Source: Nitrospirae bacterium MYbin3
GTDB lineage: Bacteria > Nitrospirota > Thermodesulfovibrionia > Thermodesulfovibrionales > Dissulfurispiraceae
Direction of reading: 5' to 3'
Length of the DNA: 64,000 bases
NCBI GenBank assembly: GCA_002753335.1
Contig: PEAD01000001.1
Span: forward strand, 62,001-126,000
Shown: positions 35,850 through 45,694 of the stretch, piece by piece
Position numbering within the stretch: the stretch's first letter is position 1
Layout of the letters: the number at the start of each line of letters is the position of its first letter
Program-made: the position numbers and the translations under genes
The notes under the pieces: model-generated
The model's database searches: none
The model's input: only the letters and a program-made list of their open reading frames with translations
What the model was told of the DNA's origin: nothing

Positions 35850-37304
35850 TTATCCGGACGGCTCAAGCGTCACATAAAAGCGCTTGCCCTGCCGGTTCAC
35901 AAAAAGCAGCACAGTATCGGTCTGTCTAAGTTTGGCCTAAACCCTGTTAAAGTCCGAAAGGTTGTTTATCTTCTGCCTATCTATCTCCTGAATAATGTCG
36001 CCCTTCTTTATTCCGGCGTCATCAGCGGGCGAGCCCGAATCCACCTTTACTATTATCACACCCTTTTCGCCGCTCTCGACCCTCAGCTGTTTTGCGATGG
36101 CTGCTGTAATATCTATCACCGCAATCCCGGAAAGAGAATTTTGTGTAACCTCGGGTGCTGAAGATGAACTCGGCATAGCATCCTTCATTTCTGACGGCAG
36201 TTCCTGAATTGTAACGGTTGTTGTAAATTCCTTGTCTTTGCGCAAAACTTTTATTTTTACCTGCGCCCCGATCGCAGATTGCGCAACAATGTTTCTTAAC
36301 GAAGATACATCTCTGACGCCCTTTCCATTGAACTCTGCGATTATGTCTCCACGCGTTATTCCTGCTTTATATGCGGGGCTTCCCTTCAACACATCGTTGA
36401 CCAGAGCGCCTTCGGAGGTTTTTATCCCGAACTTTGCGGCTATCTCCGGGGTGAGTTCCTGAATGGTAACGCCTATCCATCCCCTCGTCACCTTTCCTGA
36501 TTTTATAAGCTGGTCCATAACAAGCCGCACCATGTTTGTCGGAACGCTGAAGCCTATTCCCTGATAACCGCCGGTCTTAGAAAATATAGCGGTATTTATG
36601 CCGATAAGCTGGCCTTTTATGTTCACAAGCGGGCCTCCTGAATTGCCCGGATTGATGGCAGCATCGGTCTGTATGAAGTCTTCGTAATCGGCTATGCCCA
36701 CATCAGCCCTGCCTACCGCGCTTATTATTCCCATGGTAACCGTGTTGTTCAATCCAAATGGGTTTCCGATGGCAAGCACAAACTCTCCCACCTGCAGCTT
36801 GTCCGAATCTCCCCAGTTCGCAGCGGGGATGCCTTTCGCATCTATCTTGATAACCGCTATATCTGTCTTGGGATCTGAGCCGATGACCTTAGCCCTGAAG
36901 CTTCTTTTGTCAAAAATCGTAACCTTTATCTCATCAGCATGCTCTACCACATGGTTGTTAGTCACTATATATCCTTCAGGAGAAACCACCACCCCAGAGC
37001 CTAAACTCTGCTCCTTCCACCTTTTGCCGCGGCTGTTCTGAAACGGATAGAGGAAATCAAAAAACTCGTCAAACGGCGTAGGCTGACGCTTCAGGGTCTT
37101 TATGCTCGATATGTTTACGACCGACGGGGAAACCGCTTTTACGATTTCTGAAAAGGCCCTGCTCGCCTCTTCTATCTGTTTGGGTATTCTCGGTGTAATT
37201 GTGGTGTATGACTGCGTTGACCGGCTGAGAAAGTAATATGTTACACCGCCCAGAAGGAACCCAAGCATCAAGGTAAGCGGAAGCAGAAACCAGCGTTTGT
37301 TCAT
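35850..37304 (-). CDS. degP: DegP/DegQ (Do-family) serine endoprotease with in-frame TAG at 35937-35939
   Basis: TNNHVV, DIAV, DAAINPGNSGGPL, two PDZ domains; frame continues past TAG as AKLRQTDTVLLFVNRQGKRFYVTLEPSG-TAA. Confidence 0.88.
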
Positions 37305-37310
37305 TATTTT

Positions 37311-39212
37311 TTATTTTAACATGAACTTGCGTACATCCCCAACACGAAGGGTTATTCTGTTTGTGTCGAGGTATTCGAGGAATGGCAGTGCGTATTTGCG
37401 AGTTGTGTTTAGGATGTCTCTGAATTCGGCCACGGTCATCTCCTGCTTTTTCGCAAAGAAATTTTTAAGCAGCAAAAGCATTTTGTCATGCAGCTCTTTT
37501 GTTATATATATCGAATCGTTGATCCTCACGAGCGTGGCTTCCTTAGCGAGCAGTTTCAGGATGTCGGCCAGCTCTTTTTCGTTCATCCCTAGCTTTGCGG
37601 CCAGCTCCTGTCTGGTCGGCGGCTGAAATTCTTCCTTGTCGAGCGCAGGCAATATTTTGTCTTTAATTCCTGAGCCGGTCTGGACAGCAGATGCTTTATA
37701 GCTGCTAAGCCGCACCAACTCTTTTTCTATCGCGATCTCTCCTATAATTTCTGTAAGGCTGTCGAAGGCGGTTATATTTTTCAATTGGATAAGCGCCTTG
37801 GCTCGAAGCTCTTCTTTTGTTATTCCTGCTTTAAGAGGATTCTCTTTATGGAATACTCTGAGTGTTGATAGTACAAATTCCTTGAATGTATTAAATGCTT
37901 CTTTATGGAAAAACAGCTCTCCGCATTTTACCAGTCTGCTATTTTTCACAAGGTTGTCAACCGTCAGCTTTATTTCTGGCATGTCACCCTTAAGCCATCC
38001 TTCTATCTGGGGCAATCTGCAGCCCGCAAGACCGGAGCGCTTTATTTTGGTTTCTATTTTTTCGCTCATCGATCCTTTCTCAAAAACCATAAGGTCTTCT
38101 GTTCCCATCGAGCGTTTTCTTTTTACAGGATATGGATCGAGCACTTCGCCGCCGCCTATTGTTTCGAGTGGGGAGAATCTGCGTATGATGTATCTGTCTC
38201 CCGAAAGAACCACGACAGGCTCTTCAAGCCTAAACTGGCAATAACAGGCCTCTTCGGCCTTTGCTTCATCTGTGCCGTAAAGTACTATTCTTGCAACTGT
38301 TTCTGAAGTGCCTGTATAAAAATGGACAAGGCTTCTGGTCTTTATAGAAGGCGCACCTTTAAGCAATTCGAGCTGTGCATCTATGGATTTAGTTGGCGTC
38401 AGCCTTTCTGATGATACAACCGTATCTCCCCTTCTCAGCAATTCTTTGTCAACACCTTGCAGATTCAACCCTATGCGCTGTCCTGCAAAGGCTTTCTGCA
38501 CACCTTTGCCATGGCTCTGCAGGCCTCTTACCTTGCTGGTAATCTTTGATGGAAGTATTTCGACAGGAGTGTCTATAGAGATGCTTCCGGCAAGGGCGGT
38601 GCCGGTCACAACAGTGCCAAAACCTTTAAGTGTAAAAACCCTGTCTATGGGAAGCCTGAAAAGCCCGTTCATAAGCTTAGGTTTTACATTTGCGGCCGCT
38701 TGCTTTATTTTGTCCCGCAAGAGCTCGATATTCATTCCTGTCTTGGCAGAAACAGCCACAATCTCGGCATTTTCGAGAAATGTGTTCTTGATGAAATTTT
38801 TCAGATCATCCTGAACAAGGGCAAGCCAATCGGCATCCACGAGATCAGCCTTTGTGACAACAACAATGCCGTTTTTAATCTTGAGCAGCTCGCAGATCGC
38901 CAAATGTTCTCTGCTTTGGGGCATGATGCCTTCGTCGGCAGCAATAACCATAGCGACTATATCTATACCGCCTGCCCCGGCCAGCATGTTTTTTATGAGG
39001 CGTTCGTGGCCCGGCACATCAACAATACCTACGGTCAGGCCATCAGGGTAAGAGAGGTTGGCAAACCCGAGGTCTATGGTAATTCCCCGTTCTTTTTCTT
39101 CTTTTAGCCTGTCGGGGTCAACCCCGGTCAAAGCCTTGACCAGAGAGCTTTTGCCGTGGTCTATGTGTCCGGCGGTGCCGAGTATTACATTCTTGGGCTG
39201 CTCAATGCTCAT
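37311..39212 (-). CDS. selB: Selenocysteine-specific elongation factor SelB
   Basis: [27 protein letters not shown]-terminal winged-helix [12 protein letters not shown]. Confidence 0.96.
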   Translation of the reverse strand: MSIEQPKNVILGTAGHIDHGKSSLVKALTGVDPDRLKEEKERGITIDLGFANLSYPDGLTVGIVDVPGHERLIKNMLAGAGGIDIVAMVIAADEGIMPQSREHLAICELLKIKNGIVVVTKADLVDADWLALVQDDLKNFIKNTFLENAEIVAVSAKTGMNIELLRDKIKQAAANVKPKLMNGLFRLPIDRVFTLKGFGTVVTGTALAGSISIDTPVEILPSKITSKVRGLQSHGKGVQKAFAGQRIGLNLQGVDKELLRRGDTVVSSERLTPTKSIDAQLELLKGAPSIKTRSLVHFYTGTSETVARIVLYGTDEAKAEEACYCQFRLEEPVVVLSGDRYIIRRFSPLETIGGGEVLDPYPVKRKRSMGTEDLMVFEKGSMSEKIETKIKRSGLAGCRLPQIEGWLKGDMPEIKLTVDNLVKNSRLVKCGELFFHKEAFNTFKEFVLSTLRVFHKENPLKAGITKEELRAKALIQLKNITAFDSLTEIIGEIAIEKELVRLSSYKASAVQTGSGIKDKILPALDKEEFQPPTRQELAAKLGMNEKELADILKLLAKEATLVRINDSIYITKELHDKMLLLLKNFFAKKQEMTVAEFRDILNTTRKYALPFLEYLDTNRITLRVGDVRKFMLK

Positions 39213-39832
39213 GCCTTATCAACAAAGCTGCTGAAGTTTTTTAATATCTTCAACCCAAGCTCCTGACTTTTTTCTGGATGAAACTGAGTAGCAAAAACAT
39301 TGTCTTTCCAAACCATAGGCACAAAATCCATACCGTAGTTTGTGACGCCGGCAATGATGCTCTTGTCTTCAGGAACAACATGGTAAGAGTGCACAAAATA
39401 AAAATAAGAATTATCCGGGATGCCTTCAAAAATAGGCGGTCTATTCACAAATCTGACGGTATTCCATCCCATGTGCGGTATTTTCAATTTCTGGGAATCT
39501 TTAAAATCAAAACGAATAACCTTTCCTTTGAAGATATCCATGCCCATGCATTTTCCGAACTCCTCAGATTCACTGAAAAGAAGCTGCAGGCCAAGACATA
39601 TGCCGAAAAAGGGTTTGCCTTTTTGTATCTCTTTTATGAGCGTATCGATTAATTCGAGCTTCCCGAGGTTGGCCATGCAGTCCCTGAACGCGCCCACACC
39701 CGGCAGTACAATCCCTGCCGAGCCCTCGATAGTCTTTGGGTCTGATGTTATCTGTGCATCAGCGCCTATTTTCAGAAACCCTTTTTCAACGCTTCTTATG
39801 TTGCCCATTCCGTAATCAACAATTGCTATCAT
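39209..39832 (-). CDS. hisH: Imidazole glycerol phosphate synthase glutaminase subunit
   Basis: DYGMGN, LPGVGAF, GICLG, PHMGWN, QFHPEKS. Confidence 0.96.
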   Translation of the reverse strand: MIAIVDYGMGNIRSVEKGFLKIGADAQITSDPKTIEGSAGIVLPGVGAFRDCMANLGKLELIDTLIKEIQKGKPFFGICLGLQLLFSESEEFGKCMGMDIFKGKVIRFDFKDSQKLKIPHMGWNTVRFVNRPPIFEGIPDNSYFYFVHSYHVVPEDKSIIAGVTNYGMDFVPMVWKDNVFATQFHPEKSQELGLKILKNFSSFVDKA

Positions 39833-40146
39833 GATTGCTCCATATCAGAATTGTTTTGCAAACGACCATTAATATAGTCTTCCCACTCGAGGGGAAGCAT
39901 ATGCTTTTTTTTGTTATTGCATTCTTTGCAGGAGGTTACTACATTGTTTTTTTGTGTTTTGCCGCCTCTTATGATCGGGACGATATGGTCCATTGTGAGG
40001 TCTTTGGGGCTTATTCTGGAGTTGCAGTACCGGCATTTGCCTTCAGCGCACTTTCTTTTCCACCATGAAGTTTTTCTCAGTTCTCGCGCTGCACTGCGCT
40101 CCCGTTTGATAAAATCTTCCGAAACCGCTGGGACAAAAAAGGTTAT
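39829..40146 (-). CDS. HNH endonuclease-family protein (probable ATA start)
   Basis: ARELRKTSWWKRK...CRYC...LTMDHIVPIIRGGK...NVVTSCKECN..K; absent from ORF track. Confidence 0.8.
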   Translation of the reverse strand: MTFFVPAVSEDFIKRERSAARELRKTSWWKRKCAEGKCRYCNSRISPKDLTMDHIVPIIRGGKTQKNNVVTSCKECNNKKKHMLPLEWEDYINGRLQNNSDMEQS

Positions 40147-40421
40147 TTTCTGCCTCTCCTTAATTCTTCTTCAGCAAAAAACTTTTTGTAAAGCACTTCC
40201 CACTCAGGGCTTCCCTCTACGAGTTTTTTAGAGAAGGAATGAAGTTTTTTCTGTACCATCACATCCATGTCTTCGCCTATTTTAAGTTCATTGACGAGGG
40301 TTCTTTTTATCTCTTTTCTGATTGTGCTTTCTTCCTCTTTGGGAATGATCAGCCTCTTTTCGAGCAGCCCTTTCAGAAGCACATGGGTTGTATGCGATAT
40401 TTTGTCGTCAGAGAGCATCAT
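40143..40421 (-). CDS. DUF507-family protein
   Basis: LSDDKISH, EGSPEWEVLYKK motif. Confidence 0.75.
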   Translation of the reverse strand: MMLSDDKISHTTHVLLKGLLEKRLIIPKEEESTIRKEIKRTLVNELKIGEDMDVMVQKKLHSFSKKLVEGSPEWEVLYKKFFAEEELRRGRK

Positions 40422-40699
40422 AGGATAATGTTCCTCTCTTTTACCAGCTTCTGTTTTGTCATGTCAAAAAGCTTGCGGTAGTCCAGTTTGCCTTTGGCTA
40501 TTTCCTGCTCATGCTTTTTGAGCATTTCTCTGATTTCTTCATGAAGCTTGTCTTCGACCATAAGCTCTTCCATCAGCAAATGGCCGGTCTGTTCAATTAA
40601 CGCATCTTTTGACACGGCCGGTTCGATCAATTCCTTAGCAACCAGATTGTCAATCATGCGTTTTGAGAGCGACGGAATCCAGCTTTTCGGAATCCGCAT
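40418..40699 (-). CDS. DUF507-family protein
   Basis: ED.L.EEIR.ML, DYRKLFDM.K.KL..ER pattern; tandem paralog. Confidence 0.75.
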   Translation of the reverse strand: MRIPKSWIPSLSKRMIDNLVAKELIEPAVSKDALIEQTGHLLMEELMVEDKLHEEIREMLKKHEQEIAKGKLDYRKLFDMTKQKLVKERNIIL

Positions 40700-40700
40700 T

Positions 40701-40925
40701 TTATCGTTCCATAAAAGGTATCAGGGCGATAGTGCGCGCTCTTTTTATCGCAACGGTGAGCTCCCTTTGGTGCGAAGCGCATGTGCCTGTTACTTTTCGG
40801 GAGAGCATTTTGCCTCTCTCGGTCAAATAACTGCGCAGTGTCTTTATGTCCTTGTAGTCTATGAAAGGCGCCTTGTCAGCACAGAACCGGCAGAACTTTC
40901 TTCTTTGAAATCTTTTAGGCTGCAT
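40701..40925 (-). CDS. rpsR: 30S ribosomal protein S18
   Basis: [25 protein letters not shown]...AIKRAR (Zn-binding form). Confidence 0.96.
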   Translation of the reverse strand: MQPKRFQRRKFCRFCADKAPFIDYKDIKTLRSYLTERGKMLSRKVTGTCASHQRELTVAIKRARTIALIPFMER

Positions 40926-40950
40926 CTTTTCTCCTTTCTTATACATATCT

Positions 40951-41352
40951 TTAGAATGGTTCTAAATCGGTGATTTCGTCCGGCGGCGGTCCATCCGCAT
41001 GGCTTCCGGAAGGGGCGGATGAGGATGATCCTTCTTTCTTAGAAAGAAACCTCACATTGTTGGCCAATACTTCCATTTTGCTTTTCTTTTGGCCTTCGTA
41101 TTCCCAGCGACGCTCTCTAAGTCTTCCCTCGATAAGCACCGGCCGGCCTTTTGCAAGATACTGGCCGCAGGCTTCGGCCTGTTTGCCGAATACGCTCGCA
41201 TCTATGAAAAGGACTTCTTCTTTTGCATCATCTCCCTGCTTGTAGCGCGAGTTTACCGCTATCGAGATTGTGGTGACCGCGTTGCCGCTCGGGGTATATC
41301 TCACCTCGGGGTCTTTGGTCAGGTTTCCTATAAGAATAACTCTGTTAAACAT
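40951..41352 (-). CDS. ssb: Single-stranded DNA-binding protein
   Basis: [18 protein letters not shown], acidic tail ending PF. Confidence 0.96.
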   Translation of the reverse strand: MFNRVILIGNLTKDPEVRYTPSGNAVTTISIAVNSRYKQGDDAKEEVLFIDASVFGKQAEACGQYLAKGRPVLIEGRLRERRWEYEGQKKSKMEVLANNVRFLSKKEGSSSSAPSGSHADGPPPDEITDLEPF

Positions 41353-41361
41353 GGCGGATAC

Positions 41362-41727
41362 CTACGCTTGAGCTTCAGCGGTCTGCGGTTCCTGTGTTCC
41401 TGCTGCCGCAAAAACATCCTTTGGAAGAGCTGCTATCTGTTTTTTCCCGAGCTTTATGACCATGAACTTGATAACCGGATCAAAAACCTTAAAATAGTTC
41501 TCGATTTTTTTGATCGACAACGGAGGGGTTTTCATTATAAACATAATGTAATGCCCGATCTTCTGCTTGTTCAGTTCATAAGCGAGCTTTCTTTTTCCCC
41601 AGTTGTCGATTTTAAGCACTTCTCCGCCGTTGTTTTTTACCTGGTCGCTGATTTTGTCCAAGGCGGTTTTAAGTTCCTCTTCGCTGAGGGAAGGGTTGAG
41701 GATAACAACATTTTCGTAAATATTCAT
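41362..41727 (-). CDS. rpsF: 30S ribosomal protein S6
   Basis: YENVVIL, WGKRKLAYEL; rpsF-ssb-rpsR order. Confidence 0.96.
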   Translation of the reverse strand: MNIYENVVILNPSLSEEELKTALDKISDQVKNNGGEVLKIDNWGKRKLAYELNKQKIGHYIMFIMKTPPLSIKKIENYFKVFDPVIKFMVIKLGKKQIAALPKDVFAAAGTQEPQTAEAQA

Positions 41728-41733
41728 TCACTA

Positions 41734-41780
41734 CCTCCACATGGATATAAAGCCCTACCTCAAAGAGAAGGGCATGGAGC
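41734..41780 (-). promoter_or_regulatory. Candidate S6:S18 autoregulatory leader hairpin
   Basis: Minus strand CTCCATG-CCCT...AGGGC...CATGTGGAGG: stem pairs with the rpsF Shine-Dalgarno. Confidence 0.5.
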
Positions 41781-41811
41781 CTTTATATATAACATATCCT
41801 GCTTTTCAAAA

Positions 41812-43200
41812 TCAAATCAGTTTGTATTCTTTTGCCTTCTTGCTTAGGGTGTTTCTGTTTATGCCGAGTATTTTGGCCGTACGCACCTGATTGCGGTCGG
41901 TTTCGTTCAGGACTATGCTGATAAGCGCTTTTTCGACCTCGGATACTACAGTTTCGTAAAGATTTGCGTTGTCCAGCTTTGCCATGCCCTGCAGATAACC
42001 CGAAAGCTTGGTCTCCAAAAACTCCTTTATTGAGTAAGAAGTGAAATCGTTTATAAAAACATCGCGCTTTTCTATTAGACTTCCTTTTGACAAAATGGAA
42101 GCTCTTTTTATGCTGTTTTCGAGCTCTCTTACGTTGCCGGGCCAGTCATATTTAAGCATCGCTTTCTCGACATCCTTAGACAGCTCTTTTGGCTGAAGAT
42201 CGAAGGCATTAACGGATTCTGCAAGAAAATGCTTTGTGAGCAGCATTATATCTTCTTTTCTGTCTCTTAGAGGCGGCAGCTTTAGTTCGATCACATTGAA
42301 TCGGTAATAGAGATCTTCGCGGAACTGTCCAGCCTGCACAGCCGCCTTTAAATTTTTGTTTGTTGCACCTATTATGCGCACGTCCGCCTTTATGACCTTG
42401 CTGCTTCCGAGCGGAGAATATTCGCGATCTTGAATAAAGCGCAACAGCTTTGCTTGAAGGTCTATGTTGAGCTCCGAAATCTCATCAAGGAAAAGGGTTC
42501 CGCCTTGTGCAGACTGAATCTTGCCGTCCGTCTTCTCTGTTGCACCTGTGAACGCGCCCTTTTCCCATCCAAAAAGCTCCGCCTCGAGAAGCTCTTTCGG
42601 AATCGAGGCCGAGTTTATCGCAACAAACTGGCCGTATTTTCTTTTGCTGTTATTGTGGATTGCCCTTGCCACAAGCTCTTTGCCTGTACCGCTTTCGCCC
42701 GATATCAACACCGTTACATCTTTCGGTGCCACGCGGCCGATCTCCTTAAACAGCTTCAGCATACTCCTGCTCTTCCCTATTATTTCGAAGGGGATGCTCT
42801 CGTCTCTGCTCTGGCGCAGCTCCATAAGCTCTTCTCTTAGTGCTATGTCCCTGAAGGCCTTTTCAACAACTATTTTGAGCTCTTCTATATCAAAAGGTTT
42901 TTCGAGATAGTCATAGGCGCCTTCGCGCATCGCATCGATCGCGCTCTCCATCCTGCCGTGGGCGGTCACCATAATAACCATGATATCCGGATTAAAAACC
43001 CGTATCTCCTTGAGGGCATCGATGCCGTTACCGTCAGGGAGCATAAGGTCCAGAATCACCACCTTGAAGTGATCAATTGCTTTTGTCCCGGCCTTTATTG
43101 TTCCCCTATCGTGGACTTCGCAGCCCAGCGGCTCAAGAGCTTTTTTAACAACCCAGACTACGCTTTCGTCATCGTCTATAACAAGCACTTTTTTATTCAT
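41812..43200 (-). CDS. Sigma-54-dependent response regulator (NtrC/GlnG-like)
   Basis: REC domain, [24 protein letters not shown], Fis-type HTH. Confidence 0.92.
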   Translation of the reverse strand: MNKKVLVIDDDESVVWVVKKALEPLGCEVHDRGTIKAGTKAIDHFKVVILDLMLPDGNGIDALKEIRVFNPDIMVIMVTAHGRMESAIDAMREGAYDYLEKPFDIEELKIVVEKAFRDIALREELMELRQSRDESIPFEIIGKSRSMLKLFKEIGRVAPKDVTVLISGESGTGKELVARAIHNNSKRKYGQFVAINSASIPKELLEAELFGWEKGAFTGATEKTDGKIQSAQGGTLFLDEISELNIDLQAKLLRFIQDREYSPLGSSKVIKADVRIIGATNKNLKAAVQAGQFREDLYYRFNVIELKLPPLRDRKEDIMLLTKHFLAESVNAFDLQPKELSKDVEKAMLKYDWPGNVRELENSIKRASILSKGSLIEKRDVFINDFTSYSIKEFLETKLSGYLQGMAKLDNANLYETVVSEVEKALISIVLNETDRNQVRTAKILGINRNTLSKKAKEYKLI

Positions 43201-43210
43201 TACACGCCTC

Positions 43211-44284
43211 TCACGCTTTAATTTCTCTGACCGGCAGGTAAACATTTATAGAGGTGCCTTCCCCTGTTTTGCTTTTAAGTTTCAGCAACCCGCCGTGGTC
43301 TTTTATTATTTTTTTTGATACCGCAAGGCCGAAGCCGCTTCCCCCCTCTTTATTCGTATAATAAGGCAGAAAGACTTTTTTAATTTCACCTTCGGGTATG
43401 CCACTGCCTGTATCCTTAAGGCTAACAACAACCCAACGCTGTTTTTTTGATTCCTGCGGCAGCCCTTTGTGGTCAGAGTATATTACCATGTATTCGTTGG
43501 ACAGCCTTGTTGATGCCTCCAGCTTCCGGACACTTGATGAGGACATAGCCTCAACCGCATTTTTTATCAGGTTGATAAAAACCTGAAGAAGCTTGCTTTC
43601 GTCCCCCGAAATCATCGGCAGACTCGGATCATAAAACCTTACCGTCTGCACCTTTTTCGCTTTTATTGCTGCACCCATAATTTTAAATGCATGCTCCAGC
43701 ACCTCATGGACATTAACAGCGTTGAAAACAGGTTTTCTTGTCATAGCCAGATAACTCGAAAGCACCGAGTTGAGTCTCTCGGTTTCCTTGAGTATCATGG
43801 TTATGCATTCGCTTTCACCTTCATCCCGTGCGGTCTTTTTCAGTAGCTGCGCCGCACCCTTTATGCCGCTCAAAGGATTTTTTATCTCATGGGCCACAGA
43901 GCCTATCAGGTAAAGGAGTGAATCGAACTGGTAATCTTCCTTCTCGCTCAGCTCAAGATTTTCTCTTATGGAAAGCACAGCGCCTTCAAGCTTGTCGGTG
44001 CTGTAATAAGGTGTAACACGTATTTCAGAATTTGTGCTTCTGCCTGTGCCTGCATCCGTTTCTCCCAGATCGAAAAACCTCCCCTCATCAAGAGTTTTTT
44101 TAATAAGCGCCGGAATAACGCGGGATTCAGGGAATAACTCTGCCGCTTTTTTGTCCTTAAGCTCCTTGAGGCTTTTGCCCAAAAACTCTTCGCCTGCTTT
44201 ATTCACAAACACAAGCCTCGCTTTTATGTTAAAAAGCATAATCGCTTCGCTTAGATTGCTTATTAGAAGTTCGTAGGAGAACAT
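43211..44284 (-). CDS. PAS-domain histidine kinase (NtrB/GlnL-like)
   Basis: AHEIKNPLSGIKGAAQLL H-box, YDPSLP, NLIKNA, DTGSG, GSGFGL. Confidence 0.88.
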   Translation of the reverse strand: MFSYELLISNLSEAIMLFNIKARLVFVNKAGEEFLGKSLKELKDKKAAELFPESRVIPALIKKTLDEGRFFDLGETDAGTGRSTNSEIRVTPYYSTDKLEGAVLSIRENLELSEKEDYQFDSLLYLIGSVAHEIKNPLSGIKGAAQLLKKTARDEGESECITMILKETERLNSVLSSYLAMTRKPVFNAVNVHEVLEHAFKIMGAAIKAKKVQTVRFYDPSLPMISGDESKLLQVFINLIKNAVEAMSSSSVRKLEASTRLSNEYMVIYSDHKGLPQESKKQRWVVVSLKDTGSGIPEGEIKKVFLPYYTNKEGGSGFGLAVSKKIIKDHGGLLKLKSKTGEGTSINVYLPVREIKA

Positions 44285-44356
44285 AGGATTAGTAACATAC
44301 AGCAAAACCGAGGGAGTAGGCAAGGCAGCCGGATTTTCTATAAGTATGTTTTTATC

Positions 44357-45478
<1,122 letters not shown>

Positions 45479-45577
45479 TCAGAATTATAGCAGATTGCTT
45501 TTTCACATTTTTTCAACACATATTTCACAGGAAAAAATACAGAAAAACAGCCTGTTGCCGGAAACGCTATTTTATCC

Positions 45578-45632
45578 TTGACATACACAAGATGTTGTGG
45601 TTAAATGTCTGTTACCATACAAAATAAAGCAT
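45578..45632 (+). promoter_or_regulatory. Sigma70 promoter with NrdR boxes upstream of nrdJ
   Basis: TTGACA(45578)-N17-TTAAAT(45601); ACACAAGATGTTGTGG (45585-45600) fits the NrdR consensus; weaker ATACAAAATAAAGCAT 32 bp downstream. Confidence 0.7.
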
Positions 45633-45694
45633 TGGCGCCAGATATTCTTAGCCGGTTCGGACGCTTAATGAGGGAAAAACGAGGGGGACAGCAA

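Noticed and set aside
35850..35939. Genome-wide TAG recoding (e.g. pyrrolysine) suggested by the degP amber codon
   Set aside because: Many genes here end at TAG at their natural C-termini (ferredoxin, tsaB, larB, fliL, ispF, livG, livH, der, usp), so TAG is a normal stop.
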